From: Pelagomonas calceolata
Lineage: Eukaryota
Length of the DNA: 64,000 nt
Direction of reading: 5' to 3'
NCBI GenBank assembly: GCA_918797485.1
Contig: CAKKNE010000002.1
Coordinates: 1,364,001-1,428,000, forward strand
Under the pieces are notes generated by a model, which had not been told where the DNA came from, did not search any database, and worked only from the letters and a program-made list of their open reading frames with translations. The position numbers were made by a program, and so were the translations under genes. Shown here piece after piece: positions 51,443 through 62,434 of this stretch (the stretch's first letter is position 1; each line of letters starts with the position of its first letter).

Positions 51443-52207
51443 CTAGAGGTCGTCATCGTCCGAGCTCGAGAGTTCGGGCGGCTCGACACGGTGCGGTAGC
51501 GGGAAGGAGCGCGCGAGGAAAGCGCGCAGCTCGTCGTCGTCGGTCGGAAGTTCCGGCCGCGGCGGCTGGTCATGCATGGTCGTCCCGCCGCCGAACAAAG
51601 ATTGGCCCCAGAGGCCGGCCTCGCGGTGCTCGCGCTCGGCCGCCTCCGCATAAAACTCGCGGCGCGCGGCGTCCTCCTTTTCCTGCTTGCGGATGTGCTC
51701 CGTCGCGCGTTCATCGCACGTCTGATGCATGTCGCCGCCGCCCTTCGACTTGTCTTTATGTGGGCCGCGAACGACGCGCGGGTCCTTGAGAACTTCGGGG
51801 TCGTTTCGATCGACCCGCCGCGCGCCTATTTTCCCGTGCCACGGCGATTTAGCAGCAACCCTCTTATCCAGCGCGTCTCCGATGATCCCGTGACGACAAT
51901 TGAAGTGGAGGGCCGCATCTGATTGCGTGTCAAAACGAAGCATCGAACCCTTCCCCTTGAGTTCCGCGCCGTCCGGCGAGCCCATCCAGGCGTCGATGTC
52001 TCCCGGTACAGACTCATGGATAATTCGACGCGAAGAAAGTTGACGCCCTACTTCGTCATTGGCGTCTGCTCGAAGCTCCACCTGATTCAGAATATCGGTG
52101 GTGGTGGCGCTTTGGGCTGCTCCATCGCCGCTTTTCCGCAAGTATATGCCTCCAACGAGTTCGTCTTTTGTTGCCCTACGCGGCGTTGAAATCATGCTGC
52201 GCGACAT
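51443..52207 (-). CDS. Hypothetical protein with NUMOD1-like helix-turn-helix
   Basis: LRFDTQSDAALHFNCRHGIIGDAL resembles the F-x-S/T-xx-AA NUMOD1 pattern; start uncertain. Confidence 0.4.
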   Translation of the reverse strand: MSRSMISTPRRATKDELVGGIYLRKSGDGAAQSATTTDILNQVELRADANDEVGRQLSSRRIIHESVPGDIDAWMGSPDGAELKGKGSMLRFDTQSDAALHFNCRHGIIGDALDKRVAAKSPWHGKIGARRVDRNDPEVLKDPRVVRGPHKDKSKGGGDMHQTCDERATEHIRKQEKEDAARREFYAEAAEREHREAGLWGQSLFGGGTTMHDQPPRPELPTDDDELRAFLARSFPLPHRVEPPELSSSDDDDL

Positions 52208-52245
52208 ACCGGTCCTCGTACCGTTTCTACTCAGGTCTACTATAT

Positions 52246-52982
52246 ATGATCTATGATAATGCTGGCTGCTTCGACTACAAGTTCTTGACCAATCTGAGGC
52301 GCCCCACCGGGGCGCGAGGGCGGTTTGGCTGGGCGGTCAAGAGCATCTTAGCTTTCTTCTGCCCGCGCGACAAGAAGCCCATCGAAGCCGACGAGGAAGA
52401 ATTGGGCGACTTCAGCGACGGGGATGAGGACGATGAGGGGATGGTTTTAGATGATATCAAGCCGAAGGATGACGACGACATCAAGCCCGACCCCGACCCC
52501 GACGACGACGATGATGATGATGATGATGATGAGAAGCCGCCGCCGTGGTGGCTGTCGCTGGCGATGGGCCTGGCCGCGTGCGGCGCAGAAGTCACGAGAG
52601 AATTCATTGTGAGACATCGCGCTTCACGATTATTACACAGGCGGCGCTCGCGATCTGGCGCCTGATGCCCCTGGTGGACGACGGCCTGCTCGACGCCATC
52701 GGCGACGTCCCGGGCCTCGAGGTCTACAAGGAGTACTACGGCGGCCAGTGGTACCAGATCGTCGTCGCGCGGCCCTACAGGGGCGTCCAGCATCTCGTGG
52801 ACGCCTGGGGTGCGCGGCCGACCATGGCCGACCTCCTGGGGCGCAAGGCCGTCAAGATGTCGGACCTGCGGCGGCAGCTGCCGCGCCTGGAGACGCCGGG
52901 CGCTTACCAGGAGTTCGCCGCGCGCGTCCGCGCGGAGGGCAACGTCAACTCGCCCGCGTGCGCGGAGGACTGGCAGGTTTAG
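52246..52982 (+). CDS. Hypothetical acidic protein, probably two exons (acceptor AG ending 52640)
   Basis: Asp-rich ORF followed by a strongly codon-biased ORF after TTACACAG; donor and start uncertain. Confidence 0.4.
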
Positions 52983-53093
52983 GCCTGGTGACTATGCGGG
53001 CCACTCCTAAGTATAAGCTCGTCGCAATTCAAACGGTAAATTGAATCTTTATCAAAACTGGGCGAGCCCTCCACCCCCGCAAGGAGAGACCGC

Positions 53094-55098
53094 TCACAAA
53101 ATTCCGATCTGACTGCTGTCCGGCGGCGGCGCCCGGAAGTCCCCGACGACGGAGACCGGCGTCGACACGAAGGCCGCCTCGACGAAGTAGGTGGCCTTCT
53201 CCGCGCCCGCGACCTCGTCGCGGACGCAGAGGAGCTGCGCCGTCAGGCCCTCGGCGACGGCGCCGACCTGGCGCCACTGCTTTTTCGGGGGCGGCGGCAC
53301 GAGCAACGATGGTAAATTGAGCTGCTTGCCTACTATACGTTCCGCCGTCCCATCGCCGAACTCTACCACAACCGCTAAAGAATCGTCGACGTCCACGGGC
53401 TTGGGCCGCTCGAGCACCCACTTCTCTCTCCTCAACGAATTGCCGTCGGCGGCCTTGACGACCTTGGCCTCGCCTCTTTTGGAAGCTTTTATGGCGGGCT
53501 TGTGCGGGGACGCGCCGCGCGCGTCCTCGATGGACACGCCGACGACGTCGCGCGACAGCCGCGCGAGGCCCTGCTCGTCCAAATTATTGGAGTCGACGTT
53601 CTCCTTCTGGAGCTCTTTTTGCAGCGCGTCGAGGTCCAGCGGCTTCGACGATGCCTCCTCTTCTAGTAAGTGGTCGCCGGCATAGATGTCGACAAGCTTC
53701 GTCAAATCATCATCTTTCATCGAGACGGAGGACCAGATCTCGTCGATCTGGCGCTTGGCCAGCGCGTCGTAGTCGGCCTTCCTACAAATAGATTCCTGGA
53801 AGGCCGCGACTTGTTGCATGAGGCCCATCCTATCGTTGACCTGCGTGGAACGCGTGCTCATGAAGACGCCATCGCCGCGACGACGTCACGTTCACGAGAC
53901 GTGTGGACTCTCGTGTGCTCATGAAGACGGCGTACGTTCAAAGACTCCGGTCACGTACCGCCGTCGGCTCCGGCGCGGACACTATCGCTAATTCGTCCAT
54001 GAACCGTTGGAGGTCGGCCAGCACCGGGATCTGATCTAGTAACACGTCATTCACGAAGCGTCGCGCCCTTAGTAAAGTCTGTTTCCGGTACGCGTCGAAA
54101 CCGTATCTCTTCCGGATTTCTTGATGCATGCTCAGCCAGTACAGCGCGAACCAGGCCTGGGCTTCGAGCTTCGTGACATCTAACAGTCGGTCGTGGGGCA
54201 CGTCCGTCCACTCGCCGTTCTCCAATTTCTGCCAGACCCGCTTGGTGCCGTCCTGCCGCGCGCGCGTCCACGGCGGGTGCTCGATGAGAGGTATGACGGA
54301 CAGCAGAAAGTCGTGCTTGTCCACTATTCTGGAAACCGCCGCCACGGTTAATTCGCCGACGTGCTCGCAGACCATGCGTACCAACGCGACGCACGACACG
54401 GACACCGTAAATTCGATCTGGAGAGCTTGTTCTTCCAACTCTTCCCTCGCGGTTCTATTTTTGAGCTTATCCGCAAAGTCCGCGGGCTTCTCGTCGGGAT
54501 TCCTCGCCGGGTTGAGTTCGCGAAACGCCTTTGCTCTACTATGCAAAGCAGCTAACCGTCTAGCACAATAATCAGTCAAGTCTAAAGAAGCATCTTTAAC
54601 AGCACCGACGGCGTGGGCGTGGTAGCAGAGGCACTCGAGCAGGTTGACCACCGTCGCTTCGTGATACAGAACAAAATAAGCCCTCATCGCCCGCGACCGC
54701 GTGGCCTCGTTTTCTCCGCCCCCCACCAAATGTTCGACGAGCAGAGGATAGACCCGTTCCCGCCACGTCTCGATGAGTATCAAATCGTAAATCAGAGTTC
54801 CCAATTTGTCGAACGTGAGAAACGCCTCAAGGACAAACTCGTCAGATTTATCTCGCGCCGACGCGTGGGCCTGCTGGTTCAGCTTCTCGATCTGGCCGTG
54901 CTGCTCGAGCCACTGTTTATTCCCGACGTCTTGCAGGTCGAACTCCGTGAGATTTTCTACTATGCGCTCGGCCTCGTCGACCGAAAGGCAGTGCGCGCCC
55001 CCGAAGCTCTCGTCCCGGTCCTGCGCTATTTCTATGCCTCCCAAACGCTCCTCGGGCACGGACCACTGGGACTTTGGTCGCGACGTGTCTCTGGGCAT
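53094..55098 (-). CDS. ZMYND10: ZMYND10/BLU-like dynein assembly factor; intron 53841-53958
   Basis: EAERIVENL..DVGNKQWLEQH..IEKLNQQAH, YFVLYHEATVVNLLE, DYCARRL, PPW, KLEAQAW, LLDQIPVLADLQRF. Confidence 0.82.
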
Positions 55099-55584
55099 GG
55101 TGCTATGGCTGTGGCAGTGGTAACTTTTTGTTGGTGGTACGGTACGCGTCGACTGTTCAGCAGTGGTCTAGATCTATCGAGAGCTCTCTGAATTTAGATT
55201 GATGCGACTACTGCTTCACCAGCAGCCGAGATCTGCGGCGGCTGTGCGCCGAGCTCCATGCGGCCCAGCCGGCCAACTTTTTCGAACCGATTCGCGTTCT
55301 AGCGCTGCATCGCTCCAAGGCGAGCTCGCTTGACGGCCAGGGACGTCTCGGAGGTAAACGAGAGCTAACATGGAGAGTCTCTAGAATCAGTGGTCTAGGA
55401 GGCTCCGCGCGCGCGCCTGCGTGATAGCGGGCACCGCGCGAGCAAACAGAGCGTTTAGACAGCACGTCTCATCGATTAAATTTCGCGCGCGCTGCAAGAC
55501 CAGCGGCCGTGGACCAGCGGCCGAGCAAAGGCCACCGCGAGGGAGAGCCTCGAAACCGCCGCGTGCACGAACGAAGTTTGAACG

Positions 55585-57997
55585 ATGGCGAGCTACTTCT
55601 TCGCCCGCAAGAAGAAGCGCCAGCCCGTGGTCGCTGATCCCAAACTCTGGTCGACGTCGAGCGTCGACGACGACAAGCCGTTCCACGCCGAACCTAAATC
55701 GGAAAGCGAGAAGCAGCAGCTCGTTTCAGCTTTAAAAGATCACTACGTCTTCTCGGCTTTGAGTACGAACGACATCCTCCAGGTCATCCACCGCATGCGC
55801 AAGAGGTCTTTTGCGAGCGGCACGGACATCTGCACCGAAGGTCAAACAGGAGACGAGTTCTTCGTCCTGGCTGCGGGAGAAGCTGACATCATCGTCAAGG
55901 GTGAGAAAGTCGGTGCTTACAAGCCGGGCCAGTCGTTTGGGGAGTTAGCTTTGCTGTATTCTTGCACTAGAGCAGCAACAATAAAGGCCACGTCGTCGTG
56001 CACGTGCTGGGCCGTCGATGCGGCTACATTTAGGAAGGTTGCTATTCGGTCGAAGCAGGGGGCTGCTCGTGGAAGATTAGACTTCCTGAAGAAGGTACCT
56101 CTATTGCAAGGGTTAGATAGCGGCACGCTACAGCGCGTCGCCGACGCCCTGAAGCGCGTCGAGTTCGCCGCCGGGTCGAAGATCGTGACCGAGGGCGAGC
56201 CGGGCGACGACTTTTATCTGATAGAAGATGGCGAAGTAAAATGCACCAAAAGAAATGGTTCTGAGGAGCAGCACCTGCTCACGTTGAAGCGGGGGGATTA
56301 TTTTGGCGAGATGGTGTCATGCGGCGTCCCTTTTCGCACGCGGCGACGGGCGTGCGGGCGCCTCGGGTCCGCGCCACGCCATCGCCGCGCCGCCGTCACC
56401 TTACATATCGCAGGCCCTCATGCTCGACGAGCCGCGCCACGCCACCGTGACTTCCACAAGACCGACGAAGTGCTTCGCCATCTCGTCCCACGACTTCTCG
56501 AGGTTGTTCGGCCCTCTACGCGACCTCATCCAGCAGCAGATGCGGATGAGGATCCTCAAATCAGTACCTTTGTTATCGCATTTGGACGACCACGTCCTCG
56601 ACAAGCTCGCCGACGCCATGCGCATCCAGCTGTTCGACGCGGGCAAGTACGTCATCAAGGAGGGCGACAAAGGGAGTAGATTTTATATAATAAACGCGGG
56701 CGCGGCCAAGGTCACAAAAACCATCAATGGTAGTGAGGAGGACGTCGGTGTCTTAAATGCCAACGAATTTTTTGGAGAACGCGCGTTGTTGAGCGCGGAG
56801 CCGCGGCAGGCGAACATCATCGCTACCGAAGCGCTGGAGTGCTTAGTACTGGATCGTGACTCGTTCAAGAGGTGGCTGGCCGACGTCGACGACGTGCGCC
56901 AGAAGAAGGCCGCGAGGGATGCGAGACGCGTCGCGGCTCGACCCAAAGCGCAGGATCTACAACGCTTACGAACATTGGGTACGGGTACCTTTGGTAGGGT
57001 ATCGTTAGTGGTCCATACCCCCACAAACAAAGTTTATGCCTTGAAAGCCATGCAGAAGTCCCAAATCGCCGAGACGCACCAGGAGCGCAACGTCCAGGCC
57101 GAGAAGGATTTGCTGCTGGAATGTGCGCATCCTTTTGTACTAGCATTGGTAGCGACGTACCAAGATGAACACCGATTATATATGTTGATGGAGATCATCC
57201 AGGGCGGGGAATTATGGTCTCTCATATATGAAAAAGTAGATGCGACTCGTTCGTTAAGAACTGGAGGCTGCGGCGCCTTCGAGCAGTCCAGTGCAAAATT
57301 TTTTGCGGGTTGCGTCATCGAGGCGTTTGCCCACATCCACGGGAAGTCCGTAGCGTACCGCGACCTGAAGCCCGAAAACTTATTACTAGATGAAAGGGGC
57401 TACGTGAAGGTCATCGACTTCGGCTTCGCGAAGCGCGTGCCTTTCACGGACGAGGGCGGGAATCGACAGGATCGTACCTATACTATTTGTGGTACTCCTG
57501 AGTACTTGGCTCCTGAGATTGTTAGGAGTGAGGGTCATACCACAGCAGTCGACTTGTGGGCGTTAGGGTGTTTGGTCTATGAGTTACTCGTCGGTCGCAC
57601 GCCTTTTGCCGATGATTCGCAATCCACAATCTTCCGAACGATCATGAGAAGCAAGAAAGTACTGGGCGAGTCGAAGACCTGGCCTCGCGGGTTTCCTTCG
57701 GAGGGCAAGGCTTTGGTCAAATCGCTATTGGATGACGCCCCTTCGTATCGGTTAGGTGCCGGGCGGGACGGCCTCGACAGTGTCAAGCGGCACGCGTTCT
57801 TCCGCGGCTTCGACTGGAAGTCGTTGGCTGATATGAGTCAGCGCGCCCCGTACGTGCCGCCCATCAAGAACGCGATGGACACGCGGAACTTCGACCCCTA
57901 CGACGAGCGCGACTCGTTGAAGCCGTTCCGCGGCGACCAGCGGACGTTCGGCGGCTGGTCGGAGATGGGGGCGGACTTCCCGCCGCAGAAGGTCTAG
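55585..57997 (+). CDS. cGMP-dependent protein kinase-like (three cNMP-binding domains plus AGC kinase); intron 56314-56413
   Basis: FGELAL..RAAT, FGEMAL..RHAT, FGERAL..RQAN; GTGTFGRV, YRDLKPEN, DFGFAK, CGTPEYLAPE. Confidence 0.93.
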
Positions 57998-58112
57998 AGC
58001 TTGTGACGCTCGTAAGTTATGTTCTATACTACGACCTTCCGCATCGATGGCGTCGAGGCGTGACGACGCGCTCGCATCGCGCAGGGACGAGTCTTGAATC
58101 TTACGCGGCTCA

Positions 58113-60005
58113 TCAGATAGGCATCGGCAGCAGGCACATCCCGAACCCATTGTCGTGGCCTTCTGCCCGCGGATCCTGGACGAGCCGGTCGAGGCGCAGG
58201 CCGTCAGGTAAAGGTGACCCCCGTGAGATGGTGGGCGCCGCTTCACTCACGTCGTCGCGCCGCACGCGCGACACCAAGGACCGACAGCGGGACCCGCCGT
58301 CGCGCAGCAAAACGGCGGACCCGTCGGGCGATGTTAACGCGCAGCCCAAATGGAACTTCTCGTCCTTTTCCGGTATTTTAGAGGGACACGACCGCCAGCC
58401 CAACACATCAAAATCGAAGACCTCCGCGCCCACCAAAGAATCCAACAACACGGCGCCGTCGCAGGCGCAGACGTTGCGGAGCTCTTTGGGGATCGACGAG
58501 CACCCGACGACGATCCACGCCTTCGCGACGTCGTCCAAGACATATATCGTGAGAGCATTATTCAAGTCCTCTTCTTCCGCGACGGCCACGAGCGTCTCAC
58601 CTCTTGTTGTTCGCCTTCGTTCGAGCCACCTCATGGCCGCGTCCCTGCGCTCGCCCGAGTCGTCGACGGCGCCGGGCATGCGCGGCGGCTTGCCGATGTC
58701 AAAGGGGGTTGACCTCGCAAAGGGGTTGGCTTCATCTTCTGTCCTCATTTTCGCCGGCGCCGTCACGACTAGCAATTTAAGATTTTTGACCGGCCGCCAG
58801 GGCTTGAGCGAGGGCAATTTTTTACCAGTGACCGTAGAGACGACCCACTCCCTACAATCAGCTTTTTCCTTGGGTACGGTCGAGGCGGCCGCGGCGTTCA
58901 AGACGTTCAGGCCGTGCGCGCGACACGCCGTTTGGGCCACGACCAAGCCATATTGACTGGAAACGACGAACGTCCTCCTGAAGTTGAGTTGGTCGAGCTT
59001 GAAGCCCTCGTCGCAGCCCTGGATTATTGATGTGGAGCACTCTTCCGACGAAAATAGATCGACCGTCGACCACAATCCACTACAAGGGTCCCACCGGACG
59101 CCCTGGAGCGCGGGTAGCAAGTCCGCGAGCATGCCGCCGGCGTTGAACGGGTCCCTGCGCGTAGCTACGCCGAGCAACGTACCCTCCTTTTCGCGAATCC
59201 ACTGCATCGGGGCGTGGAGGCAGTCCGCGAGTAAATTAGATGCTTCCGAGAGCAGTTCCCGTCGCCCATCGACAATTTCATAAACGCGCGGTTGTCTAGT
59301 CAAAAGCTGCTTGTTCTTCAATCGCAACCTTAATGCCGCCAAATCCCCGGAGTCGTCCATCCGCAACGATCGCAACCGAATCTGGCACTGGTTCTCGTCC
59401 AACTGCGACACCGCGTGGTTCGCCAGCGCCTTCAGTTCGTCGCACGCGCCCCAGTACGTCGCGACGTCGACGACGATGACGACGCCCGTCCGCAAGGCGT
59501 CGAGCCGCGCGAGCCACGACGCCCGTATTGTTCGCAGGTCGTGGCCCCGTCTCATGGGGAGTAAGGAGGAGTCGCCCGGGCATAACGTGGCCTTGCCCGG
59601 TCTTGCCGTATCTGGCCTCGCATCTCTGAAGAACTCGCGACACAAGATGGCCGCCGCGGCCTCGACCAACGACGACTCGCCGCCTCGCGAGCGCCGGCCG
59701 CGCATGGCCACGCCCGTCGCGCCAAAGGAAGCTAACGATGCGGGATCCAAAAAAGCCAAGAAGCCCTGCTTCGACGCCGCCAGCGCCGCCGGTATCTTTC
59801 GCAGCGCCCCGGGCAGGCGGCAGTCTCTTGTAATGCGCGTGCACCACTCCTCGAAGCGAATCTCCGTCAATGTTTGGGGGTGCCCGATCTGGGGCGCTCG
59901 TAACATCGCGAGCACGGGGCGCGGGTTCCTTCTGATGGGTGTCGGGGCCTCGGATTTTGCTACTTGTTTCGGGGACGTGGGTTCCGTCTCCATGGGGTCG
60001 CCCAT
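58113..60005 (-). CDS. Hypothetical protein
   Basis: Long ORF from the first plausible ATG (MGDPMETEP); no family recognised. Confidence 0.55.
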   Translation of the reverse strand: MGDPMETEPTSPKQVAKSEAPTPIRRNPRPVLAMLRAPQIGHPQTLTEIRFEEWCTRITRDCRLPGALRKIPAALAASKQGFLAFLDPASLASFGATGVAMRGRRSRGGESSLVEAAAAILCREFFRDARPDTARPGKATLCPGDSSLLPMRRGHDLRTIRASWLARLDALRTGVVIVVDVATYWGACDELKALANHAVSQLDENQCQIRLRSLRMDDSGDLAALRLRLKNKQLLTRQPRVYEIVDGRRELLSEASNLLADCLHAPMQWIREKEGTLLGVATRRDPFNAGGMLADLLPALQGVRWDPCSGLWSTVDLFSSEECSTSIIQGCDEGFKLDQLNFRRTFVVSSQYGLVVAQTACRAHGLNVLNAAAASTVPKEKADCREWVVSTVTGKKLPSLKPWRPVKNLKLLVVTAPAKMRTEDEANPFARSTPFDIGKPPRMPGAVDDSGERRDAAMRWLERRRTTRGETLVAVAEEEDLNNALTIYVLDDVAKAWIVVGCSSIPKELRNVCACDGAVLLDSLVGAEVFDFDVLGWRSCPSKIPEKDEKFHLGCALTSPDGSAVLLRDGGSRCRSLVSRVRRDDVSEAAPTISRGSPLPDGLRLDRLVQDPRAEGHDNGFGMCLLPMPI

Positions 60006-60511
60006 CGTCCTGCTCGTTCGTTTGCGACGGCTCTGCAGCAAGGGGGCTTGGTTGTGAAGCCGCGCGACGTCGGCGCGGCGTCGCGTTGGCTGGGCGGGTG
60101 GCACCGCGTATCTGCAGCAGTATGCAGCCCCGAAGGCAGTTCGGGAACACGCTGGAGCTGCGAAATCCGCGTTGTTGAGTCGCGATAATTCCGCGTTGCT
60201 AGCTGATTGTAACACACTAGCAAGCCTGCAAAAAGGGCTGGTACACCCGAGCGCTGCGTCGCAACGTGCCCTGCGGTTCCTTTTTAGATTGCTTCGTGGT
60301 GGCCGCCAGCCAACGGAAGCCAAAAAGTGAGCTATCAGGCCGTCTTCCGGCTGTATAGGACCAGCTCCCTCCCAGCGCTGTTGCGTACAGCTCGCTACGT
60401 GCGCCGCCGCGACGCATACGTTGCGCAGAGACGACGCAGCTCTCGCACGACGCCGCTGCCTGCACAGCTTGCACTCTAGCACAGCCTTGCGCGCCGCCGC
60501 CGCGGTGCACT

Positions 60512-61021
60512 ATGGCCGCCGGCGACCAGACCTGGGACCCGCAGCTCGAGGACAAGATGGTCCGCTGGACGGGCAAGTGGGCGGAGAAGGAGATCGACCG
60601 CGCGGCGCAGCGCCTGGGCGGCGACAAGCAATTTCGTAGGAAGAAGAAGGTCGAGAAATCAAAACCGCGCGAGGCCGGCGTGTACACGCACAAGGGCACG
60701 GCCGCGCGCATCGATGGTGTGGAGGCGCCGGCGCCGGCTTCGGCCAAGCGCACGCTCCCGGGCTTGGCACCGCCGGGCGGCCACGACGACTTCGACGCGC
60801 CGCAAATCGTCGCGCCGGAAGACGCGGTCTGCTCGTCGGACCGGGCGCGGCTCGCGGCCGAGCCCGTCGCCGCGGCGCCGCGGAGTCGACCGGCGCCCAT
60901 CGCCGACGCGGGCGGTTCGCGGCGACCGCCGCCCGCGAAGCGACGGAAGCCGAGCGAGGCGCCGCGGCGCGCGAACCCGTCCCTGCTTTCTTTCGCGGAG
61001 GACGAGGAGGATGGGTTGTGA
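60512..61021 (+). CDS. Small hypothetical protein
   Basis: ATG ORF with biased codons ending in SLLSFAEDEED. Confidence 0.5.
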   Translation: MAAGDQTWDPQLEDKMVRWTGKWAEKEIDRAAQRLGGDKQFRRKKKVEKSKPREAGVYTHKGTAARIDGVEAPAPASAKRTLPGLAPPGGHDDFDAPQIVAPEDAVCSSDRARLAAEPVAAAPRSRPAPIADAGGSRRPPPAKRRKPSEAPRRANPSLLSFAEDEEDGL

Positions 61022-61225
61022 GTAAGAGTGTTTTTTGTGCGCTGTACGCGCTAGCGGCCTGTAAGACACTAGCATTTAGCCGGCGCCTCAAAAAGCGCAC
61101 GCAAAGGGTGGCTTAACAGTGGTCATCGACCCTCGCGTTGCAGTTTTGAAACCTACCCGCAGCGCTGCGACTCCGCAGCTGCAACGGAGTCAGATTTCCC
61201 ATCGCTGCACGGAGCAGATTTCAAG

Positions 61226-62386
61226 ATGGCCAACACCAACGACCCGGTGGCCAGCAACATATGGACGCGAGACGCCTGGCTGGAATATGAGCGCGACGTG
61301 GATGATATCGCGCGCCTCAGCAAGGGGCCGTCCTGCGTCGTTTATCTCCAGCGCCACGGCTACGCCAACGGCGACGACGTGCGCGCGTTTGGATCCGTCC
61401 TGCCCGCGGCCGCGCGGCAGGTGTCGGCGACGGTGCTCCGGGCGCGCCGCCTGTCGCCCGAGCTGAAGCGCATTCCCGAAGACCTCGTCGTGAGGCACGT
61501 GCTGCCCTATCTGTTTGAGGACGAACCGGTAGGGGAGAGCGCGGAGGACAGATATAACCAATTCAGGCGCATGAACCTAACCGAAGATTGCGTCGGTCGA
61601 TCACTGTCCTGTTATCTTGCGCTGCGCCGGGGCGACGCGTGGAGCCAGGGTGACGTACATCCTGGGTGGCCCAAATTCATCTTTGATATGGGGGCAGGAT
61701 ACGATCAAGGCATTCCCATCCACACCATCTGCATCATCAACATGCTCTGGTGGCAACTAAACCACGAAGGGGGCGACGCCGATGTGATGCTTCAAGCGGT
61801 CAAGCAGCAATATAATTTGGAGTCGTCGGAACACGCATCGCTCCTCCTCTGCGCGGGCGCGCTAAGCCTCTCGGTGGCTTTGCACGGCGATGATCCGGTC
61901 CAGGGGACCGGGCGGCCATTCACTGGCATCTTCGCGGCAGCGCAACCCCTCGACCTCAAGCGCGTCGAGGCCTTCATCGTCGCAAAGATCGGCTGGCGCT
62001 GCCTGCTCACGGCGCCGGATCACATCGTAGCGCATCTATTACAGTGTGGATCGACCTACGCGAATCTCACTGACGAGGAGGGAATGCTCGACGTACATGT
62101 CCGCAATGACTTGTGTAGGCGCTGTGCAAACGTATCTCGGATGCTGGCGTGCCAGGATTATTTCTTCTCGCTACCCCCAACGATAGTCGCCGCCAGCGTG
62201 CTCTACCACGTCCGCAAATCCCTTCTTACCGAGGAGACGGCGTGGAACCCCGGGCTCGAGCAGCTCTCGGGGTACGCTTCCGACTTGGTCAAAGACGTTG
62301 CCAACCTGCTCACCGACGTTGTTCCCGATCCTGCCCTCCCGGCGTGGCCGTGGATCCATATGGGAGACGCACACGACTCGGATTAG
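61226..62386 (+). CDS. Divergent cyclin-fold protein
   Basis: LKRVEAFIVAKIGWRC, FFSLPPTIVAASVL and WNPGLEQLSGY resemble the cyclin box end and Cyclin_C. Confidence 0.7.
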   Translation: MANTNDPVASNIWTRDAWLEYERDVDDIARLSKGPSCVVYLQRHGYANGDDVRAFGSVLPAAARQVSATVLRARRLSPELKRIPEDLVVRHVLPYLFEDEPVGESAEDRYNQFRRMNLTEDCVGRSLSCYLALRRGDAWSQGDVHPGWPKFIFDMGAGYDQGIPIHTICIINMLWWQLNHEGGDADVMLQAVKQQYNLESSEHASLLLCAGALSLSVALHGDDPVQGTGRPFTGIFAAAQPLDLKRVEAFIVAKIGWRCLLTAPDHIVAHLLQCGSTYANLTDEEGMLDVHVRNDLCRRCANVSRMLACQDYFFSLPPTIVAASVLYHVRKSLLTEETAWNPGLEQLSGYASDLVKDVANLLTDVVPDPALPAWPWIHMGDAHDSD

Positions 62387-62434
62387 GAGTATGACTGGAT
62401 GGGCGGCAGCGACACTGCATGTGATAAGTAACAA

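Larger units (their letters stand above)
49855..53040. mobile_element. Candidate 3.1-kb insertion bounded by exact 50-bp direct repeats
   Basis: ACTATGCGGGCCACTCCTAAGTATAAGCTCGTCGCAATTCAAACGGTAAA at 49855-49904 and 52991-53040; the interior holds only fragmentary or orphan ORFs. Confidence 0.6.
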
